From contig CAZLYC010000006.1 of NCBI GenBank assembly GCA_964563755.1, positions 3,099-67,098 on the forward strand: 64,000 nucleotides of DNA. Reading direction: 5' to 3'. How positions within the stretch are numbered: the stretch's first letter is position 1; every line of letters begins with the position of its first letter. The notes below the pieces were generated by a model. The model was not told the DNA's origin. It searched no databases and was given only the letters and a program-made list of their open reading frames with translations. Below, one piece after another: positions 27,107-35,875 of this stretch. Both the position numbers and the translations under genes were made by a program. This DNA comes from an uncultured Methanosarcinales archaeon. Lineage in GTDB: Archaea; Nanobdellota; Nanobdellia; Woesearchaeales; UBA11576.

Positions 27107-27583
27107 ATGGAGCATTCAATCAAAGTGGGCTTCAGTTTTGGGCTTACCTCAGGCATCATAACTACTCTTGGCCTCATGGTCGGCCTTAATTCAGGCACAC
27201 ACTCGAGAATTGCAGTCATAGGAGGCATACTCACTATCGCGATAGCTGATGCGTTCTCTGATGCTCTTGGCATCCACGTGTCTGAAGAGGCGGAGAATGT
27301 TCACACCCAGAAGCAGGTGTGGAAGTCTACTGTTTCAACTTTTGTCACAAAGTTCATCATCGCATTGACTTTTCTTGTGCCTGTTCTTTTGCTCGACCTT
27401 TCTGCAGCAGTAATTGCAGCTGTATGCTGGGGTCTTCTTGCTCTCGGTTTTTTCAGCTACAGGATGGCGAGGGAGCAAAAAGAGAAGCCGATGAAGATAA
27501 TAGGCGAGCACATCGCAATAGCGATACTTGTGGTTATAGCAACTCATGCTGTCGGAAAAGCCATATCTTTGGTTTTAGGCTGA
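27107..27583 (+). CDS. VIT1/CCC1-family small membrane protein
   Basis: GLMVGL...IADAFSDALG motifs and TM helices. A second VIT-family gene flanks the MTase. Confidence 0.55.
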   Translation: MEHSIKVGFSFGLTSGIITTLGLMVGLNSGTHSRIAVIGGILTIAIADAFSDALGIHVSEEAENVHTQKQVWKSTVSTFVTKFIIALTFLVPVLLLDLSAAVIAAVCWGLLALGFFSYRMAREQKEKPMKIIGEHIAIAILVVIATHAVGKAISLVLG

Positions 27584-27685
27584 TTCATCTTCTTTATAAC
27601 CTCTGACCTGGTCAGCATTATGGCTTTAAACCGTCGCTTATGACCACCACAACCTTTATATACACCTTATTTTTTCAAAAGGAAC

Positions 27686-28123
27686 ATGGGAAAGAAATCT
27701 AATGGTATCAAATCAGGCGCAAAATGCGAAAAAAGGCGTCTTCAGTCTAGATGGAATAATAAATGGTTCGTAAGAAGGATTATGGACCTTAAAAGGAAGT
27801 CAGACCCGCTTTTGGGCTCATCCCAGGCCAAGGGCATCGTTCTGGAGAAGGTTCAGCTCGAAGCAAAGCAGCCAAACTCAGCTATGAGGAAGTGCGCTCG
27901 CGTCCAGCTAATCAAGAACGGAAGGCAGGTCACAGCATTCATGCCAGGTGACGGCGCGCAGAAGCTTATCGACGAGCACGACGAAGTACTGATTGAGTGC
28001 ATCGGCGGAAAGATGGGCCGATCCAAGGGAGATATTCCTGGAGTCAGATGGCAGGTCATAAAAGTTAATGATCAATCATTAAGAGCGCTTCTCTCTAAAA
28101 AAATTGAGAAGGCAAGGAAGTAA
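27686..28123 (+). CDS. rps12: 30S ribosomal protein S12 (uS12)
   Basis: [28 protein letters not shown]...KVNDQSL. Archaeal S12. Confidence 0.93.
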   Translation: MGKKSNGIKSGAKCEKRRLQSRWNNKWFVRRIMDLKRKSDPLLGSSQAKGIVLEKVQLEAKQPNSAMRKCARVQLIKNGRQVTAFMPGDGAQKLIDEHDEVLIECIGGKMGRSKGDIPGVRWQVIKVNDQSLRALLSKKIEKARK

Positions 28124-28127
28124 AAAA

Positions 28128-28727
28128 ATGGCAATTCTAGCGTTCAACAGATGGAGCACAGACGGGATAACTGTCCAGGATCCAGGACTCAAGGCTTACA
28201 TGAACCTCAATCCGAGGATTGTGCCAAAATCATCTGGAAGGAACGCAAAATTCAGGTTCTACAAGTCAGCTAACATGTTTGTCATTGAGAGACTTATGAA
28301 CAGGCTCATGAATTCAGGCCACAAGGCTAAGAAGCACCTGATAACATCATACTCTCACACAGGTAAAGGCAATACTTCATTCAATATAATGGAAGATACC
28401 CTGAAGATGATTGAACAGAGGACAAAGCAGAACCCTATAGCTGTCGCGGTAAAAGCGATTGAGAATGCGGCGCCTAGGGAAGAGATATTGACAATAGAGT
28501 ATGGCGGAGCCAAGTATCCTAAGGCAGTCGAGATGTCTCCTCAGAGGCGTGTCGATTATGCATTGAAGCTGATAATACAGACTGCGAAGCAGAAGTCTTT
28601 CAATTCTAAGAAAGGCATAACTGCTGCCCTTGCAGAGGAGCTCGTCGCAGCTTTCCAGAATTCAAATATGTCAGGCGCAATAGCGAAGAAGCTTGAGCTT
28701 GAGAGACAGGCAGACAGTTCACGATAA
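28128..28727 (+). CDS. rps7: 30S ribosomal protein S7 (uS7)
   Basis: Immediately follows S12. IVPKSSGRNAKFRF...ERLMNRLM...NPIAVAVKAIENAAPREE. Start at MAILAF. Confidence 0.9.
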   Translation: MAILAFNRWSTDGITVQDPGLKAYMNLNPRIVPKSSGRNAKFRFYKSANMFVIERLMNRLMNSGHKAKKHLITSYSHTGKGNTSFNIMEDTLKMIEQRTKQNPIAVAVKAIENAAPREEILTIEYGGAKYPKAVEMSPQRRVDYALKLIIQTAKQKSFNSKKGITAALAEELVAAFQNSNMSGAIAKKLELERQADSSR

Positions 28728-28763
28728 GGATATTACTTTTTTATTGATGGGTGTTGGTGTAAG

Positions 28764-29141
28764 ATGTCAGAAGAATCTATTTTGTGCAACAGTTCTAAGC
28801 TGTACAGTAAGATGGATAGCTTCAGCCAGTATGACAAACCCAGCAAGGTCATGAAGGTCTTGTCGAGTATGAGGAATCTGGTCAAAGTGTCGAGGGAAGC
28901 ATACACATCATTCTCAAATATAGCTGCCTATGCAGGGATAAAAGTAGGCATTGATAGGGATGTTAATGCTATATACGTCAGGAACGAGTTCGGGCCCCTC
29001 GCAGCAGTACCCCTATTCAACGGAGTTTCAGCAATAGCCTTCTCATACAACTGCGATGACAAGAAGCAGTTCGAGACCCTGTGCGGCAAGCTGAAAAATG
29101 CTGGCTTGGATGTACAGACAATCGATTCCAGGTTCGACTGA
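28764..29141 (+). CDS. Hypothetical protein (125 aa)
   Basis: ORF only. Confidence 0.45.
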   Translation: MSEESILCNSSKLYSKMDSFSQYDKPSKVMKVLSSMRNLVKVSREAYTSFSNIAAYAGIKVGIDRDVNAIYVRNEFGPLAAVPLFNGVSAIAFSYNCDDKKQFETLCGKLKNAGLDVQTIDSRFD

Positions 29142-29486
29142 TTTTTTGCTGTTTTCTCTTAGGATTTCCATAATACCTTCTTTGTTGCACTTTCCAGATT
29201 AGTATCGGAAATACTATACTGGAAAAGACCGAGATTTATAAATAATCGAAAGATTTTCTGAAATTTTCAAAACGTTAAAATGAAGTTATGAGTCTTAAAA
29301 AATGATTTAAAGAGTATCGGAAATTTCGGAACATGGGGAAAAAACGGAATGTTTATATAACAGTTCTACCTAGGTAAAGTACATTAGGTTAAATGAGAAG
29401 AAGTCGATAAAAAATAAGTAAAAAAAGGCGATAAAGAAGACACATTGTGGAAGAAAAAAATCATACTCTTTGGGGGTGGTTTGGAC

Positions 29487-29532
29487 CTGCTTGCGTGCCG
29501 ATGCCTCTGTGCGCAAGCAGAATCCATTTTTT
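29487..29532 (+). terminator. Stable hairpin (9-bp stem CTGCTTGCG/CGCAAGCAG, 16-nt loop) followed by a T7 run. Either a terminator-like element or a 5' regulatory element
   Basis: Seen directly. Lies within the 300-bp gap upstream of a small membrane-protein ORF. Confidence 0.3.
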
Positions 29533-29533
29533 T

Positions 29534-29761
29534 ATGACAACGACAATCGAAACAAGGATTTCTCGTTTTTTCCTTCTGGAATTCACAAAAGAGATAGCTA
29601 AGACCGCAGTTCTATGCGTAGCTCTGTCTATAATATGGCTCGCAGTCATGGGTCTTGTAAACTGGTACAACCCTGCTTTTCACGTCGTAGCTACACTCTC
29701 TTCTGTTGTAATGGTCAGGACAGGCAACAGCTGGGGCATACTCGAGAAGTTAATTGATTAG
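29534..29761 (+). CDS. Small membrane protein (75 aa; start moved to the ATG after the hairpin)
   Basis: Two hydrophobic helices. The longer track ORF would include the hairpin and T-run. Confidence 0.4.
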   Translation: MTTTIETRISRFFLLEFTKEIAKTAVLCVALSIIWLAVMGLVNWYNPAFHVVATLSSVVMVRTGNSWGILEKLID

Positions 29762-29844
29762 ACCGTAAACAAGGCATGGATGATATTCTGACTACGCCGG
29801 CAAGGTAAATAAACTTTATAAATGGAGTTCTCTATGGTGCTTAC

Positions 29845-30861
29845 ATGAAAATTGCCGAGAAGATAGCTGAGGAAGCCATAGATGAACTTATGATGGCAGG
29901 CATAGCGTTTCTGCTTGTAGTGACAGGGATAAACTACTTCAACATGGAGTGGGCATGGACATCGCTTATCGGCAAGACAGGGGCAGCTGCAGGGATCGCA
30001 AGCTCTGCCGCAGCGACAGAGTTCTCGACTATGATAACTGCCTTGACAAATGTTTTCCCATTCAAGTATCTTTTCGTGCAATATAATTTCTGGGGTGCGC
30101 TTGTCCTCGCGGTCGTCCTGACAGCGATAGGCGTCGCTCTAAAAGCATTCACTGTGAAGACCAAGGGCAAGTTCATAATAGACCTGGGCTCGAATATCTA
30201 CATGCCTGCTATTTTCAGCTTCATATCCATAATAGCGTTGCAGGTTTGGTCATCATTGAGGATAGATGAGTACCTGACGACACATAAGCTCGCAAGACCA
30301 GAGTTCAGCTCAGGATACTTCATCTGGCAGACATACGGCCAGCTGTTTCTCATAGGCGCATCATTGCTTGTCATCGGCGCGATTGTGAAGCTCATTGCTG
30401 AGAAGAACAAGTACCGGAAGCTTCTCGTCGTAGGTGACACGATGTTCAACGGCGCTTTCGTCCTGATAATATATTACCTGATAATCAGGATACTTGCGCT
30501 CGAGTTCATGCTGAATGCTGAAGTAGGTAAGATACTCGGAGTGTTTATCCTTTCAAACCAATACTCTAATTTCACGCTTCTTGCGTGCGTATTCCTGTTC
30601 ACAGGAGGCGTCGCGATAAAGAATTATGGTATAGCTGTGCTTAAGCATGAGAAGAATGAGATGCACGCAGCTGCTGCCCAATACCAAAGGGAACACATGC
30701 AACGAGAGTATGGCGCGCATCCTATAGGTACTGAGAAATATGAGGAACCGCATCTCAAGGTCACACCGTACCACCTAAGACATCCTGCTTATTCAGACCC
30801 GCATCATCCTGTGCACAGGTATGTGCATCCTGATGCTCACTATAAGCGTAAACGTGAATAG
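29845..30861 (+). CDS. Polytopic membrane protein with a His/Pro/Tyr-rich C-terminal tail
   Basis: About 8 TM segments. Tail HPIGTEKYEEPHLKVTPYHLRHPAYSDPHHPVHRYVHPDAHY. Confidence 0.55.
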   Translation: MKIAEKIAEEAIDELMMAGIAFLLVVTGINYFNMEWAWTSLIGKTGAAAGIASSAAATEFSTMITALTNVFPFKYLFVQYNFWGALVLAVVLTAIGVALKAFTVKTKGKFIIDLGSNIYMPAIFSFISIIALQVWSSLRIDEYLTTHKLARPEFSSGYFIWQTYGQLFLIGASLLVIGAIVKLIAEKNKYRKLLVVGDTMFNGAFVLIIYYLIIRILALEFMLNAEVGKILGVFILSNQYSNFTLLACVFLFTGGVAIKNYGIAVLKHEKNEMHAAAAQYQREHMQREYGAHPIGTEKYEEPHLKVTPYHLRHPAYSDPHHPVHRYVHPDAHYKRKRE

Positions 30862-31089
30862 ACTAATCGATTGCTTTTCCTAAGAAAAAAAGTTAGGGCC
30901 TTTTACGGCCCCCAACACGTATTGGTGAATCCTGTATCCTCATTTCCAGATCATGTTTATCACTGGAGCTTCTCTATACAGGATAATCGTTATTTAGCAT
31001 TACATGTATAAAAATATTACGAAAATTACCACCAAACAGTAGATAAAAAAGCGAAAATTTTATAAATCATCCTTACAGAAAAAGTTGCC

Positions 31090-31359
31090 ATGGACGAAAG
31101 AAGATCATTATATGACATTCTCATGGATGATTTGAAATATTGCGATGAAAACAGCCTCAGGGCAAGGAAGTACACAGGATATCATTCGCAAGATTATGAT
31201 AATTACATGCATATGACCCTGAACGGAAAAGTGATACAGGACAAGGGAAAGATTGCAGGTATAGCTATGACTGTCATAAAAGACGCTTTTGATTGCGGTT
31301 ATGACATTTCAGATTATGTTTCACAGTTCAAGAATTTCTGTGAAGAGAACAAATTGTGA
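31090..31359 (+). CDS. Small protein, paralog 1 of a tandem pair with the conserved C-terminus DAFDCGYDISDYVSQFKNFCEENKL
   Basis: C-terminal 30 residues nearly identical to the next ORF. Confidence 0.5.
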   Translation: MDERRSLYDILMDDLKYCDENSLRARKYTGYHSQDYDNYMHMTLNGKVIQDKGKIAGIAMTVIKDAFDCGYDISDYVSQFKNFCEENKL

Positions 31360-31382
31360 TTAATATCATCCAAGGTCAAAAC

Positions 31383-31748
31383 ATGGCTGATGAAAAGACA
31401 ATAATCGATAATGAACTCAGTGAGAGGACAGTCATAAGCAGGAACACCCTTGAAAGGACAGTACAGGTAAGGATAAGAGATGATTCTGCAGAGGAGTTTA
31501 ATCTTCATGACAGGTTATGCGCAGAGCTAAGGCTCACTGCAAGGGACAACTACAAAAGTCCTGCTTCAGGACATACTTCTGATGATTGTAACAGGCATTA
31601 CTGGGGCATCGTCGAATACGCCCATATACCTTCAGAGAAAAAGGCAAAGCTGCTTGAAGGAGTCATAAGGGATGCATTCAACTGCGGCTATGATGTTGGT
31701 GATTACTTGAAGCATTTCAAGAGATTCTGCGAAGATAACAAGCTTTAA
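31383..31748 (+). CDS. Small protein, paralog 2 of the tandem pair (C-terminus DAFNCGYDVGDYLKHFKRFCEDNKL)
   Basis: Start set at the first ATG (MADEK). The track's start at 31356 corresponds to an overlapping GTG. Confidence 0.5.
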   Translation: MADEKTIIDNELSERTVISRNTLERTVQVRIRDDSAEEFNLHDRLCAELRLTARDNYKSPASGHTSDDCNRHYWGIVEYAHIPSEKKAKLLEGVIRDAFNCGYDVGDYLKHFKRFCEDNKL

Positions 31749-31766
31749 TAAAATAACTGATGCTAT

Positions 31767-32618
31767 TCAAAAGAAATTCTGGAATAGCCTCGTCGTCACA
31801 CAGACTTCCAGCACTGCTGCCAATAATACAAGAGCTATAGCGATAAGCATCAGGAGCGTCGCGTCTTTAAAGACATTCTTGAACGCTTTTGATCCTTTTT
31901 TCTCATGCATTATTGCCTTTGACACCACTCCTCCTGCTATCGCTGCGAGCATGAACCCGCTTATCTCTGGAAGGAGGTGTATCAGGAAGAAACCGAACGC
32001 CTGGAAGCCCTGCATAAGATTCTGCGTCAAAGTATTTATGGCGAATACTATGAAGTTGGCGAACACGCTCGCATTGAGTATTATGAGGAATATTGCGCTT
32101 GCGCCATAGAAAAAAGAAAGGACGAAACATATCATGAGTACAAGTAGTCCGTGCGCAAAAAGCCCGAGTATCTGCGAGAATGTCGGCTGTATGCTCTCAT
32201 CGACGAACGCTTTCACAGCATCCTGCGTCACTCCTTGGTCAAGGTTGAGAAATGTCATCTGGAACTCAAAAGCATCGTTGTATAGCGGCTGGTTCGTGTA
32301 TAGAAGAAGCCCGACAAAGACGAATGCGACAAAGACTCCTAGGAATGAGAACATGTACACTTCATATATGTCCTTGTGATTGCTGAAGAAGTTCTTAAGC
32401 CCGAACCTGACCTCTATCTTCTCTTCCATGCGGAGCAGCATTATCAGCGTCGGGGTAAGCAGCAGTGTTGTCAGGAACACTACAGATACTGACATGCTAT
32501 CCTTGAAGAAGAATAAGGATAGTAGGAATGCTACAAAAGTAAAGAAAAATCCAAAAATAAAGGCAAGGTAAGGCCTGTGCCTTACCTTTGCCGGATTAAA
32601 AAGGTCTTCTAAAACCAT
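31767..32618 (-). CDS. SpoIIM/DUF95-like integral membrane protein
   Basis: Six TM helices with a pattern (ILNASVFANFIVFAINTL...GFFLIHLLPEISGFMLAAIAGG) reminiscent of the stage II sporulation protein M family. Confidence 0.45.
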   Translation of the reverse strand: MVLEDLFNPAKVRHRPYLAFIFGFFFTFVAFLLSLFFFKDSMSVSVVFLTTLLLTPTLIMLLRMEEKIEVRFGLKNFFSNHKDIYEVYMFSFLGVFVAFVFVGLLLYTNQPLYNDAFEFQMTFLNLDQGVTQDAVKAFVDESIQPTFSQILGLFAHGLLVLMICFVLSFFYGASAIFLIILNASVFANFIVFAINTLTQNLMQGFQAFGFFLIHLLPEISGFMLAAIAGGVVSKAIMHEKKGSKAFKNVFKDATLLMLIAIALVLLAAVLEVCVTTRLFQNFF

Positions 32619-32629
32619 TGTTTAAATTA

Positions 32630-35335
32630 TTAGAATCTGTCTCTCCTGTTCGCTCTGTCCTTCAGGTAAGACTCGAGTCCCATGCCATCACTGCTCCTGC
32701 TTCCTAAAAAGTCTATTGCGGCAGGTCTCTTTCTCTTGTCGCCCTTGCTCCAGCCATACTTGTAAAGCGTTCCCATGACAAGTGCCATGAGCAGCATAGC
32801 TATTATGAGCGTCGACCAGTTTATGCTGAGTGCACTCATGAAGCCAGAGGCCTTTCCAATGCCTGCTGCATGTCCTTCGTCTTCACCAGACGTGACAGCC
32901 TGCTGTTCTTCTGACTCTGGTAATGGCTGTCTAGCCGCAGATACTGTGTCTGTTCCTGTAGCTGTATCATCCTGTGTCTCCTCCGTTTTTTCCGTTTTTT
33001 CAGTGCATGATCTCGTGTCTGTCTTCTTTGCGTCACTGCTGCAGTCGTTTATGTCGACGCATGTCCTTGCCTGTTTACCGTCAGAGCATGTTGTCCATGC
33101 TGTGCAGCTCCAATCAGCTGTGCAGCTTCCTGCAGAAGTTGTCGTTGAGCTGGTTCCTCCATGCCCTCCGTGTCCTCCCTGGACTCCGCTCTGCTGTGTC
33201 GCTACCGCAAGCGCCTCTGTGCTGCTGTAGGTCTTGCCGTTAGCCAAGCTAGTTACTGAAGCTAATATGCTATATGCACCTTGCTCCGCTGGCGCGTTGA
33301 ATGCGTGCGTGTATTTTCCGTCGTCAGCGATTGCTACATCCGTGGTCACATTGCCCGGCAAGAGCAATGATATGCTCTCTTCAGGGACGAGTGACCCGTT
33401 GTCATAGATGACAAGGCCTGATGCTGTGACTGCTGCTCCTGGTGTCGCCGATGTCGGGTTGAGGTCAAGAGCCACTATGTACTTGTAAGTCACTTCTATC
33501 TGGTCTTGTGCTTCATTAGAATTGTTCAATGTGTCAACTGCCTGCACCTTTAGGGTGTATGTTCCAGTTGCTGTGTTCGGCGTAGTCTCGACTGATGCTG
33601 TGTACGTGTCGCCCAATTTCTCTAGGGAGATGGGTTGGGTAGTATCGTCAGGAGCGACTAGCTCCGCATTTACCGTCTCAACTCCGCTGATGTCAGTCAC
33701 ATCGAGGCTTAGCTGTAATGTATCGCCTCTTGCGAATGTATCAGGGTTTTCCATCTGTATGTCTGGGCCTGTCAAGTCAACAACAGATATCGTTCTCTCG
33801 TCGCTTGTTCCTGCGTTTCCCGCATCGTCGACACATTGAACCTTCCACCTATGCGCTCCTAGCGCGACTATCTTCTGCCATTCTGTCTCACTGTTTCCCT
33901 GCGACAATTGCTGTTCCTGTCCAATATCGTCTATGTATACATTGCAATCCATCTCGTTGTCGTAGTTGTCCTGCACCATATACCTGAAGCTGACATGCAC
34001 GTCGCTTGTTGCTGCGTCTTCTGGCGCTACGAGCTCTACTGTCGGCGGGGTTCTGTCCACAATGATTCGATAGGTCTGCTCAGCCTTGTTGCGGACTGAA
34101 TCCTCAGCCATCACAGTGAATTCGCTCGGTCCTTCCGGCCATTCTGACACGTCTATGCCAAAGATGCTTTCCACTTCTGTCTTGTTGCCGTCAATTACAA
34201 GCCAAACCTTGTGCAGTTGGTAGTTGTCTGTGACTTCAACCTGAAGTGCTGTCGTCGACGCTATGATGGTGTCATTCTCTGCATTCTTCAGCTGTATGCT
34301 TGGAGGCGTCTTGTCCAATGTATAGCCCCAAGTCCCGCTGCTGCCTTCGAGGCCTGCAGCGTCTGTGCATCTCATCTTCCACTCATGTTGTCCTTCTGCG
34401 ACGTCAGCGCTCGGTATGAACACTACGTCCATGTGCGGTGCTGCTATGTCTTCCATGTACTCTGTGCCATCTATGTCCATATCACAAGTCATCTCTGGTG
34501 CTAAGTTGTCTGCTGCAAAGAAACTGAAATTCTTTGCGAGGCCGATTATGGCCCCATCCACTGGGGATACTAGAGTTACGCTTGGTGGAACGCCATCTAT
34601 GGTTATTGTGCCGCTGTACTCTGATTCCTCTCCGCCGTTGTTGTATGCGGAGAAGTCGAAGCATACCTGCTGCTCGTTGTCATAGCTGGAGAGGTCTATC
34701 TCTCGTCCATACAGCCCATTTGACTGGGCGAGCTGCAATGTATGGTCCTGCGGTGTTATATTCTCGTCGTAATTGCATCTTACATAATGGAAAGTCACAT
34801 TCTGTATTCCTGTCTCAGGGTCTGTTGCATTTACGCTTACAAGGTATTCAGAATCTCCTTCCTTAACGAATCCTCCATCGACAGGATGAGTATCCTGTAG
34901 CGAAGGGGCTGTGTTGTCATTAAGGATGTCGAACGGGAACGTGTATGTATGAGTCTGTGAATCTGGGTCTGTCATGGTCACGAGGACTTCTTTATGGGTG
35001 TCTGCATCGACAAGGTCTGCTTTTCCGAGGAATTCGAATGATGACAGGATGACGTTTGTCGCTATGCTGCCTTCTTTCCATTCTGCTATGCTTCCTGCGA
35101 ATGATTCAGACCAGCCCTTGTAATCTACAAGTGCAAGTATGCTGAATCCTGCAGGGCTTGCCTGGACCATCTTGACTTCATAGCTTCCCCTAAAGTTGCT
35201 TATGTTGAGTTCGAAGCTTACATGGTTGGTCTCATATGCCTGCGCTGGTGCGAGTGTGACTGTTGTCTCGCCCGCGACAAATATAGAATTGAGTAAAACC
35301 ATTAAAACAAATATTACGCTTACACCTCTTTTCAT
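32630..35335 (-). CDS. Giant cell-surface protein (901 aa) with a C-terminal transmembrane anchor. S-layer or adhesin-like
   Basis: Signal peptide, many beta-rich Ig-like segments, Cys-rich module (SCTADWSCTAWTTCSDGKQARTCVDINDCSS), acidic linker, C-terminal TM helix and basic tail. Confidence 0.7.
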   Translation of the reverse strand: MKRGVSVIFVLMVLLNSIFVAGETTVTLAPAQAYETNHVSFELNISNFRGSYEVKMVQASPAGFSILALVDYKGWSESFAGSIAEWKEGSIATNVILSSFEFLGKADLVDADTHKEVLVTMTDPDSQTHTYTFPFDILNDNTAPSLQDTHPVDGGFVKEGDSEYLVSVNATDPETGIQNVTFHYVRCNYDENITPQDHTLQLAQSNGLYGREIDLSSYDNEQQVCFDFSAYNNGGEESEYSGTITIDGVPPSVTLVSPVDGAIIGLAKNFSFFAADNLAPEMTCDMDIDGTEYMEDIAAPHMDVVFIPSADVAEGQHEWKMRCTDAAGLEGSSGTWGYTLDKTPPSIQLKNAENDTIIASTTALQVEVTDNYQLHKVWLVIDGNKTEVESIFGIDVSEWPEGPSEFTVMAEDSVRNKAEQTYRIIVDRTPPTVELVAPEDAATSDVHVSFRYMVQDNYDNEMDCNVYIDDIGQEQQLSQGNSETEWQKIVALGAHRWKVQCVDDAGNAGTSDERTISVVDLTGPDIQMENPDTFARGDTLQLSLDVTDISGVETVNAELVAPDDTTQPISLEKLGDTYTASVETTPNTATGTYTLKVQAVDTLNNSNEAQDQIEVTYKYIVALDLNPTSATPGAAVTASGLVIYDNGSLVPEESISLLLPGNVTTDVAIADDGKYTHAFNAPAEQGAYSILASVTSLANGKTYSSTEALAVATQQSGVQGGHGGHGGTSSTTTSAGSCTADWSCTAWTTCSDGKQARTCVDINDCSSDAKKTDTRSCTEKTEKTEETQDDTATGTDTVSAARQPLPESEEQQAVTSGEDEGHAAGIGKASGFMSALSINWSTLIIAMLLMALVMGTLYKYGWSKGDKRKRPAAIDFLGSRSSDGMGLESYLKDRANRRDRF

Positions 35336-35875
35336 GTTGAAGACCTCTTAATCCAAGAGGCTACTGCAACTAAGCATCAACAGTACAGTGCATGACACAG
35401 CTGTCTGTATAGTTCTGCTTGCTGTTCGCCTCTTTTTTTTTATTAGTCCCTGCAGAAGTAGTACGCTTCCTACACGTCTAGCCCCTGCTGTGACATTATC
35501 AATGTGATGGTCAAAAGTAGTCTCTTGGCCCTACCCGTTAGGCCTTGATGTCGCTGATGTAGCCAAAGTATGACTTTCGTATACTAGTATTGAAGAACTT
35601 AGAATAAACCAGTATTTAAATCTTTCGTTCGGTGTGTTGATGGAACTGCTAATGCTTCGTAATAGCACGTTAAAAAGAATACCCTGAGGATTCATACAAA
35701 ATAGTCATACAAAAAAACTGATTTCAAAAGATGAAAATTGATACCATTAAAGAATAGCAAAACTATTTAAGTAACTATGTTTTTGTAAGAAGAAAGGGGG
35801 CTTAGCTATTAATAGGACAGATGAAGCGTAGCTTCTTTAAAATTCATGTTCAAAAGTATCGGAGGGTTAGATAAA

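Noticed and set aside
29461-30176. Minus-strand ORFs 29461-29670, 29758-30081, 29934-30176
   Set aside because: They overlap better-supported plus-strand membrane-protein genes. Cys/His-rich shadow translations.
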